Assembly: GCA_964188305.1 (NCBI GenBank)
Contig: OZ076888.1
Reading direction: 5' to 3' (one strand)
From: Podarcis bocagei
Taxonomy: Eukaryota
Length of the DNA: 64,000 nucleotides
Part shown: in pieces, positions 39,826-50,668 of the stretch
Position numbering within the stretch: the first letter of the stretch is position 1
Layout: the number at the start of each line of letters is the position of its first letter
The notes under the pieces: model-generated
Seen by the model: only the letters and a program-made list of their open reading frames with translations
What the model was told of the DNA's origin: nothing
Databases searched by the model: none
Translations under genes and position numbers: made by a program

Positions 39826-42800
39826 TATTATTATTATTTATACCCCGCCCATCTGGCTGGGCCTCCCCAGCCACTCTGGGCGGCTTCCATAAAACCAAAA
39901 ATACAGTAAAATCACACGTTAAAAACTTCCCTGAACAGGGCTGCCTATGTAGTGGTTAAGAGCGGTGGACTCGTAATCTGGGGAACCGGGTTCGCTTCCC
40001 CACTCCTCCACATGCAGCTGCTGGGTGACCTTCTCTGAAGTCTCTCAGCCCCACTCACCTCACAGAGTGTTTGTTATGGGGGAGGAAGGGAAAGGAGAAT
40101 GTTAGCCGCTTTGAGACTCCTTTGGGTAGTGATAAAGCGGGATATCAAATCCAAACTCTTATTCTATATGAGTGTGTGCATCCATGCATACACGTACATA
40201 CATTTGCACTGTAGGGCGCACTACAGTGACTCTCTCACTGGGAGGGGGGCCATAGCTCAGTGGTAGAGAACATGTTTTGCATGCAGAAACTCCCAGGTTC
40301 AATTCCTGGCATCACCAGAGGGGTGACCATTGTCAGAAACCTTGGAGATCTGCTGCCAGGTATCTTCAAACATTTCAGACCCAGGACGTACTTTTAACCC
40401 AAACATGCATTTAGGGGACCCATTTCTCAGCCTTTTACAATATGTTTGCATGGTGGCAGTGCTCCTGTTGTGACCCACCTTGGATCAGGTCATGATCCAC
40501 TAGCAGGTCCTTAACCCACAAGCTGAAGACAGTAACGTAGACAGTACTGAACTAGGTGGACCACTGGTCTGGCTCTCTATAGGGCAACTTCCTCTCAATT
40601 AAATTTGTTAAGGCTTTTAGCCCAGCTGGAAACATCATTAAAAATAAAAGCGGCAATATAATAAAAGAGCCCCTTATAAGTTGTATGTAATCTGCAGGCA
40701 GTATAGTTGCGTTTGATGGCAGAATCTGTTCTTGCCATTTACCTTTGTGAGTCCAGAGCACTCTTCCTTGCATCCAGATGTGCCCTAATATTTTGACAGG
40801 CCATTTTAATTCTGCAAGCAGCCTGCCTCAAGGAACCGAGCATCTCAAGGGTACAGTGCATGCAGGTCATGTTTTGTGTAGAGCTGTAAATAGAATCTCG
40901 GAGAGATGGCTCTGCCTTCTGGGTCATGTCTCAGGGGTGCAAAAATCTGCTTGTTCCTTTGGTTTCAGCCCAGGACCTTGTTGGTGTTTATCTGACTAAC
41001 AAAGTCATCCTGTATTTCAAGCTTCATTAGAACTCATGAGTGTCCCTCAGCCCAGAGTCTTGGCTGATGCTCAAATCGTTACGTGAAATGTATTTCCCCT
41101 GGGGCTCCTGCCCAACTTTAGAGGGTTTCCTGNNNNNNNNNNNNNNNNNNNNNNNNNNNNNNNNNNNNNNNNNNNNNNNNNNNNNNNNNNNNNNNNNNNN
41201 NNNNNNNNNNNNNNNNNNNNNNNNNNNNNNNNNNNNNNNNNNNNNNNNNNNNNNNNNNNNNNNNNNNNNNNAGCCCTCTTTCTGACTGGGCATCCACCTG
41301 TCATTTCCCTCCATTATTTTTGGTCCTATCATCTATGGAAGGAAGAGATTCTGGGATTTGGGGGAGAAGTTGTGGTGGAACACTTGAAATGCTTTGATCT
41401 CATTGATAAAGGAGGGTCCTGGCCAAAACAGTGGCCCAAAGGCTACTGTTTTAATCTATTTCCAATATTTCATTCTCCCTTTCTCCCCCTCAGGGAGGGG
41501 TTAATCCTCTTTCCCTTTTTTTTTAATCCTCACGACGACCCAGAAAGTGATGGGCTCTCCTTCCTTGGAGGTTTTTAAGCAGAGGTTGGATGGCCATCTG
41601 TCATGGATGCCTTAGTTGAGATTCCTGCATCGCAGGGGGTTGGATGAGATGGCCGTAGGGGTCCCTTCCGTCTGTATAGCCCAGCAGCGACTAGCAGTGG
41701 CTTCCAGGCTCTTGCAACAAGTTTTTTCTGCCCCCTGTGCTACATGTTTCTTTTAAGTGGAGGTGATGGGGATTGAACCCTGGGCCTTCTGCATTCAAAG
41801 CCTATGCTTTTCCACTGAGCTACTGTTCTTGCAGTTCGTTCTGCCTTTATTTACTTAAGCCTTTTCTTACTTAGGTCTTTACTTTAAGCTATTTGTCTTG
41901 GCCCAGGAACCACCGAAGGTGAAGACGATAACCCGATACAAATCTGCCTACGAGGAGCAGCTGGAACAACAGCGGCTGGCCGTCCAGCGAGCGGAGGAGG
42001 CCAATCGCCTCAGAGAACACCAGGAGTCTCTGCACCAGGGGAGACTACAAGAGCAGTTGCTACGGCAGCAGCAGCTTCAGGAGCGAGAGCTGACACTGCG
42101 CAGGCAGGCAGAGCAGGGCGAAGAGCAATTTAAACACCGCCTAAGGTTATCTTTCTAAAATGCACTTTTGGCTCCTGTCGGCCTCTGAGAAAGGAGGTTA
42201 GCTCAGGTTGCCTCAGACTTTGACAGTGACTAGAATTGCCAGAACCTTCTGGAACCTTCTGGTACTTTCTTCAAACCCCTGCTGGGAGGTCAGGGCCTTT
42301 GTGGGGGGGTCAGGCTGCTAATATGCTACCCATGAGGAGGTGCAGGCCAATCCACTTCTCCACTGCTGCCAGTGGAGCAGGATAAAGATGCGGGCCATTC
42401 CTTGATCTGTACCATGTCCTGTCAGCAAGCATTTAGAAAATGGCGTTCGCCATGGGCACCTACAAACTGGCTTTTCAAGTGTCTGCTGTCTGGAATCCTT
42501 TTTGCATTCTATTGCCTTAAAGCAGGGGATCTTTTTCCTGACTCAGGGCCACATTCCCTCTAGGGAAGTCTTGCAGGGGCCACATGCCAGTGGTGGGCAA
42601 GCCTAGTAGGTGGAATAGTGGGTGCTGACCTTTAAAGCCCTAAACGGCCTCGGTCCTGTATAACTGAAGGAGCGTCTCCACCCCCATGGTTCAGGCCGGA
42701 CACTGAGATCCAGTGCCGAGGGCCTTCTGGTAGTTCCCTCATTGTGAGAAGTGAGGTTACAGGGAACCAGACAGGGGCCTTCTCGGTAGTGGCGCCTGCC

Positions 42801-42956
42801 CTGTGGAAGGAAATAAGCAGCTATTCTATCTTTAAAAGACATCTGAAGGCAGCCCTGTTTAGGGACGTTTTTAATATTTAATGCGGTATTGTTTTTAACA
42901 CTGGGAGTCGCCCAGAGTGGCTGGGAAACTCAGCCAGATGGGCGGGGTATAAATAA

Positions 42957-42998
<42 letters not shown>

Positions 42999-45165
42999 TA
43001 GCATTTTTATAGTGAACAACATTCCAGCCATTCAAAGTGAGAGGTTTTGCATACATGCGTCTCTCCAGTCTGCATTCATTATCACAGTTCCCCTCATGGA
43101 AACCCTGCACGTTGCAGAGGATTCTGGAAAAAGGTGTGTGTGTTCTGGGGGGGGGGCACTCACTTGGTGTCCTGGGTTGGGTTATTCTTCCCACTCATGA
43201 AAGAGCACCCTCTCTTGCCATCTCACACTCACAGTGCAGCTAGCAATGGCCCTGTACTTCCGCATGGGTGCATTGTGTTGCTGTGGCAAAACATGTAAAG
43301 TGGGAGGTGCAACCCACAATGGCGGAAGGCTACCTTTCCCACCAACACACTCTGTAATACAAAGAGGTGCCTAGCTGGCCCAGACCCCAGCAAAGGAGCA
43401 AATGGCAAGCATTGGTCTTCCATCTTTTCTCACAAGGATGTGTGCCCCTGAGTTGTTGCTGGACCCCCATTGCCCATCATCAGTATACCTGAAGGAGCAT
43501 CTCCACCTCCATCGTTCTGCCCGGACACTAAGGTCCAGTGCTGAAGGTCTTCTGGCGGTTCCCTCACTGCGAGAAGTGAGGTTACAGGGGACTAGGCAGA
43601 GGGCCTTCTCGGTAGTGGCACCCGCCCTGTGGAACACCCTCCCACCAGATGTCAAAGAAAAAATAACTACCAAACTTTTAGAAGACATCTGAAGGCAGCC
43701 CTGTTTAGGGAAGCTTTTAATGTTCCAGATGGGCGGGGTATAAATAATAAATTATTACTATTACTATTATCAGCATCATCATCATCATCCCTGGCCATGC
43801 TGGCAGGGGCTGATGGGAGTTGTAGTCCAGCAACCTCTGGAGGGCAATAGGTTCTCCACCCCTGTTTTAACAACAATAAAAATCCCCTTGTGAATCCGAA
43901 TTAACCCGTTTGTATAATGTTTCTCCAGCCACCAATCCCATTACGACAACCTGGATCAGGATATTGTGCAAGGAGAAGAACAAGGTGCCCAGGAAGAAGA
44001 AGAAAGTAAGTGACCTTCTCTCCAACCCTTGTCTTTAATGCTGTCTTTGAAATATGCTGTGTGTAATTGAAAATGCAATCAATGGGTTGGCCATATTTAA
44101 AGCAGGTAAAGCCTAGCTTGGCTTATTTCTGGATTTCATGGCCAGTGGAGAAGGGGTGGGGCTCATTCATCTCTATCTTGTCCCGAAATTTTCCCTGTCT
44201 ACATAATCCAACTTTCATACGTCTTGAATTGCACATGGAAGCTTTTTCTTTCGTGGCTTACAAATATGGTGTTCCACTTACAATGCTCCTTTCTGAATGG
44301 AAGGAGGGCTGAATGAATGATCTGAATTGCCTTTGATCAGATTACGATCGGCAGAACCAGCACCCAGATGAAGCGGAGGAAGAAGACCACAATAATGCAA
44401 ATGGACAACAGGATCATGAACTGGACCACCGAGCAGAGAGCGAGCAGAATGAAGAACCAGTGAGTGGGAATAGCATACATTGATATTTTAAAATTGCAAT
44501 TTTATAACAGACATCAATAGACATGAATCTAGCTAAATCAGTAATTGTGTGTCAAGCACCATGCTGAAGGTGCCTTTTCTTGTAACAAAGGCAGAAGCAA
44601 GGCTTGTTTGGCCTAGAGGTACCGCCTGGGATTGTCGGTGACACTGACTGGGGCCACCATCTTAAGTTTTCCCAGGTATTTTGTGGCAGCCATTTTTTTT
44701 TAAAAGAAAAACAACAGTTCCACAGAATGTTTGGAGCATTGCATTTTGGGAAAACTACGATGGTGGCCAGGGGCCCATTCAGCAGTACATTGCTGAGCCC
44801 TCCTCATCAGCTGGCTCTGAGGTTGGTGGTCCTGTCTTAAAAGCAATAAAACAAACAAATAAATGGGGTGTGGTAACATCAGAGAACAAAAATGTAGGCC
44901 AAGAATCTTGCCATATCTTGAAATAGTAAATCAGGTTCTTCAGAATTCAAGGAAGGAAGGGTTAGGAAGGAAGTCCGAATAATAACAGCTAGCATTTATA
45001 TAACACTTCCATGTCTTCAAAGTGTTCCATGTTTTGTTTTACATATATATGCTTTTATCTTAGGTTTTATATCCTGCCTTTCTAAGCAAATGCTACTTCA
45101 ATGTGATTTGCAATGAATTTAAAACAAAAGCCATTTAATAGCTCAATTTAGACTGCAGTCAAGCA

Positions 45166-45249
<84 letters not shown>

Positions 45250-48200
45250 CAATAAAGCCAGCTGATCTTGGCAAGACAGGCAATTATTCTCTCCACATAG
45301 CGAAGGTTGAGGTGAGAGAGGGTGGCTTGTTTATAAGGCAGTTTCTTAAGTTCATGGCAGGGGTGAGATTGTCTCCAAGGGGTTCCTGGTTTGCAGCTGA
45401 ACATTGAAATTGAAATATTGAAATACTTTATTGTCACTTGTACAACTTGTATACAGTGAGATTACACGAGCACCCCCCACTCAGCTCTCTTTGTCTTAAT
45501 TACCCTCGTTTACTGACGCACACCCACCAAACCCGAAAGTCAGTTTCCCTATTGTTATCTTTTCATTCAGCAGCCTAGCAGCCCACGGATAGAAGTTGTT
45601 CTTGACCCTGTTGGTGCAACTAATTATGCTTCTATATCTTCTGCCTGAGGGCAGGAGATCAAGAAAGTGCCGGCCAGGGTGTGAATCATCCCTGAGAATT
45701 TTCCTCACTCTCCTGAGACAACGTTCTTCCGCTATTTCATCCAGTGAATTCATGGGACAGCCCATAATATCTTGTGCTGTATTCACCACCCTATAGGCAC
45801 TTCCTATCAGTTGATGTCAAACCAGTGTACCACACCGTTATGCAGTATGAAAGGACACTTTCTATTGTGGACCAGTAGAAGGAGATCCTTAAATGCTGAT
45901 TGACATCGTTCTTTCGCAATACTCTGAGGAGATGGAGTCTCTGTTGGGCTTTCTTAGCTGCTATGCTACACAGGCTTGATGGATCAAGCTTGGAAGTAGG
46001 AAGAGATGTGCTCAGATCAGTATGGCCCTGTCAGTTTTAACACAGTGAGCACCTGCCTACTTGCTCCTCTTATAGTGGTGCCCCTTGACTGGGAGTGGAT
46101 GCTGTAAAGAATTACCCTGGGTGTACTAACTTGTAAGTCTTTATTAAACCTACTAGGCAAGTCACTTTCTCTCCTGGTTTGACCTACTTCACAGGGCTAT
46201 TGTAAGGATCAAGAAGTCTGGCCCTGATCCTGCGGCCTTTGGGTGAAGGCCTCTAAGCTGCCATCCCATACACTCAGTTCAACAGCTGAGAGTTGGCTGG
46301 GTGCCCATCAGACTTTTTAATTTGCAGCCGCTGGAGATTTGCATCTGGGTATGTCTCCTTGTGGTGAATGGCTCTGAGACCCCCGTGTATAGGGCGGTAT
46401 ATAAATTCAATAAATAAATGAAAAATGAAAAATCAGAAATGTAAGGTAGTATCTAGTACCAATGCTACTCAGAGTAGACCCGTTGACGTTAATGGGAATG
46501 ACTAAATTTCAGTGAGTCTACTCTGAATAGGGCTTCATTGAGTACAACCCATAGATTGTAACTTTGCCTGCTCTTGAAAATCTAAATCAGATCTGAGTGA
46601 TGTGTTGGATATGGACCTAAGGCGACGTTGTCGTGAAATGCACTTTATTCTTTACTGAAATTCTCTTGAAATGCAGAAGACAGCCGGGGATGATGTCAAC
46701 CCAGCTGATGATCCCAACAATCAAGGGGAAGATGAGTTTGAGGAAGCAGAGCAGGAGAGGGAAGAGAACCTGCCTGATGAGAATAAGCAACTGAAGCCGA
46801 ATAACCCAAAACAAGGGAACCCTGAAATGGAAGAACATTTAGTGGTCAGTATGCAAAAGGCCATAGCTATCAAGTGGAGGCCCTGTTTCAAACAAAGGCT
46901 GCAGCTTCAAGGGATGACCTGCATGTATGAAATAGCCATTTCAAATAGGCATTTCACCTCACACACAATGCATTACAACACCTGACCTGTTTGCTGGTCA
47001 TTGAGGGTTTTTTCTAGACAAAAGTGAGTTTCCCATGACATTAGGCTTCCATGGGGTTGCTCTGCTTTGCATTCTGCCACACCTTCCTTCCAATTGCAAC
47101 AAGGATAATTTCCTAAAATGACCACATGTGAAGTTTGCCGCAGCTGATTTGTTTCATTTATTTACACCTTTCTTTCATGATCCTGGTCTAAACCACAGAG
47201 CCTAGGGCTTGCCAATCAGAAGGTTGGCGGTTCGAATCCCCGTGACGGGGTAAGCTCCCGTTGTTCGATCCCAGCTCCTGCCCATCTAGCAGTTCGAAAG
47301 CACATCAAGTGCAAGTAGATAAATAGGTACCACTCCGGCGGGAAGGCAAATGGTGTTTCCGTGCGCTGCTCTGGTTCGCCAGAAGCGGCTTAGTCATTCT
47401 GGCCACATGACCCAGAAGCTGTGTGCGGTCAAACGCCGGCTCCCTCGGCCTATAGAGCGAGATGAGCACCCAAACCCCAGAGTCGTCCGTGACTGGACCT
47501 AATGGTCAGGGGTACCTTTACCTTTACCTTTCATGATCCTATTCAGGGCAGCATATGTCAGGTTTCTGGGTAGTGTCCTATTAAGCTTAAATGTTAAAGA
47601 ATGAGCTCTGGAATTGCTCCCTCTTCCCGTTAACCACAGTGAATGTTGCATTGACACGAGTCTTTATTGTGGTCAGTGGCGTAGCGTGGGGGGTGCAGGG
47701 GGGGCTGGCCGCACCGGGCGCAACATCTGGGGGGGGTGCTCGCACTCGCAGCTCTCTGCCCCTACCTGGCTCGAGTGCTAAAATCCACGGGTTAGGGGGC
47801 GCAAATTACTTGCCTTGCCCCGGGTGCTGACAACCCACGCTACGCCACTGATTGTGGCAATGGGCTCCCTTGTAACCAGGATTTTTGTGTGTGCTTTAAA
47901 TGCTTTACCTTTCATTGACCATTTTCAAAAGAATGCTAAAAGCATAGTTTAGAATAAGCCCCATTGAACACGGCCGATTTTACTTCTCACATATAGGGTT
48001 ATGCTGCAAGCATGTCTTTCCTTACTACTGCTTTTAAATGGTAATTTCTGCCTCTTCTAGGCCCCCTTTTAATGTAGTCACTTTTTTGCATTGTATATAT
48101 AGAATTTTATTAAGTTTTCTGTTTTACAACTTAAAATACTAATTTTACATCCTTAAGATATCATTCTTCTCTTTCCATGGTTCATTTTACATGTCATAAA

Positions 48201-50625
48201 TCCCTGCATATTTTACAAAAACTATGCCTTTCAGTATTCCATTATTGCATCCATTATCTGTCACTTTTGCTCACTGATTGCAAAATGCATAAGCTCCTTT
48301 GAGTGCATGCTAATGTAGAAATATTGGGTTTATGTTACACAAATCTATTTTAATTTGTTAGATTTATACCATGCTCTTCCTCCCCAAAGGGAGTCCAGGG
48401 TGACTAAGCCCTGGTTGTAATAAAACTGTGGCTAGCTTTAACTATGGTTGGTTTCTTAACTATAAACTCCGGTAGAGGAACATTAATTGCTGCTAAAAGA
48501 CGAAACAAAACTATACCTGCACAGACCTCCTGGTGAAAGGTGAGCATTGGAAATCAAATCCTTGCCATGTTGCATCCTTCCTCTTTTTTTGTAGCTATGC
48601 CTCTCCTGGATGCCCTGGAATTGATTTTCAATAAGTAAGCCAGTGCATGGTTTTGAGTGATATTGGAGATATTAGCTATGGAATGTGTTTGTCTGCAGAT
48701 GGTGGGTAACCCTGATCAGCAAGAAGACAATGTGGATGAGCAGTACCAGGAAGAGGGAGAAGAAGAGGTAAGGAACCTGAGGACACACACTTCTCTGGTT
48801 GTGAGGATTATAGCTGGGCGGGGGAGCAGAATGTATGCATCACAAGTGCTTTGGAGGAAGAATGTGCTAAAAATGTGATAAGTACCATACTTTTCCGTCT
48901 ATAAGTCTATGTTTTTTTCAGTATGATGTGGTGGTTAAGAGTGGTAGACTCGTAATCTGGTGAACCAGGTTCGCTTCCCCGCTCCTCCACATGCAACTGC
49001 TGGGTGACCTTGGGCTAGTCACACTTCTTTGAAGTCTCTTAGCCCCACTCACCTCACAGAGTGTTTGTTGTGGGGGAGGAAGGGAAAGGAGATTGTTAAC
49101 CGCTTTGAGACTCCTTCGGATAGTGATAAAGCGGGATATCAAATCCAAACAACAACAACAACAACTCTTCTTCTTCTTCTTCTTCATCTTCTTCTTTAAA
49201 AATCATGCTAAAAAGTGGGGGTCATCTTATACATGGGTAATGCATAGGGTGGACGTTTGATTGGTTGTTGCCATGGCTGTCAGCGGCTATTGTGTGTGTT
49301 ATTGGTTGCTGCGTCAATGGGTGGTGTTGATTGGCTGACGCTCTGGCTGTTGGTTGGGCGATTGGCAGTTTCTGCTGGTGATGGGACAGACGGGAGGCGA
49401 TTTTTGGCAATCCCCCCCTTAAAAAAGCCCAACAACCCTGGGTAACCCCCCACCAAAAGCTGAACAACTCTGTGCCATCTCCCCCCATTTTCTTAAATTT
49501 GAGTCCCCGATGTCTTATACACGGAGGCATGTTATACACGGAAAAGTATGGTAACACCGACAAGAGCCAAAGCAACAGCTCTCTTAATTGCCAGCATATA
49601 TCTGTATTATTACTATTTAAGTTCCTTACCCATTCTTTACCATACGGTCTCAAGGCTGGTTACTGCATTTTTTAAAATAAAAAAACACCACATTAAAAAC
49701 AGTTTAAAAGAAAGAGATTTGCTGTACATTCAACTGCAGCCCTTCCCTGTAGGATATGGGAGAAAGAAAATGGAATATATTGAGTACAATTGAGTTCTTG
49801 CAGCTGGGAAATGAACCAAAGCATATTCTAGGAGATAGGAGGAGAAAATCCCCCTTTTTCTGCAGGTCAAGGCACTTTGGGCCCTCCTATATGCATATGT
49901 ATTTAATGAATGTTTTCTTCCTCTATTATGCATTGCAAAGGTGTGGCATAGTGGTTAGAGTGCCGAACTGGGACCTGGGAGATGAGAGTTCAAATCCCCA
50001 CACAACCATGAAACTCATTGGGTGACTTTGGGCCTGTCGCTGCCTCTCAGCAGCCTAACCTACCTTACAGGGCTGTTGTTGTTGTGGGGATTAAATGAGG
50101 AGGATAATTAAACTAATTATCCAAAGAGGTTGTGCAGTCATGTTGGACTGGATTGTTTGTGTATAAAAACCACCTGCTCTCAATACCTTGAGTTCCAGAG
50201 AGAGAGAAAAGCAGGATATAAATGCAACGAATAAATGGCCACAAAACCTTAGGTGGCTTCAAATGGGTTCTTACTTCCCTTCCAACTGGGCATATGTGTC
50301 TCTTTTCAGGCCCAGGGAGATCTGACCGAGGAGAAGAAGAGGGAGCTGGATCACAACGGCGAGGAGCCATACGGCGAAAATGATGAAAATGTAGGCACAC
50401 TGCGTAGATGGGGGACGCTTGATAAAATGGGTGGTTAAGGGAGGCTTTGTGTGCTTCCTGCACCTTGAATATCGAGGTTAGAGATGTCTGCATAACACTA
50501 CTGGTCTACGTATAAAATGAGAAAAAGGACAAACTGGTTTCATTCCAGAAAGGAAAGCTCATCACGGGTTAATTACGCATTACCCCACAGTGTGTTCATT
50601 TGAAAACAGATATAGGCACTCCCAG

Positions 50626-50668
<43 letters not shown>

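Noticed and set aside
40246-40320. tRNA gene
   Set aside because: A/B boxes are present but there is no intact cloverleaf, and several degenerate relatives exist; these are SINE heads (the same applies to 63639).
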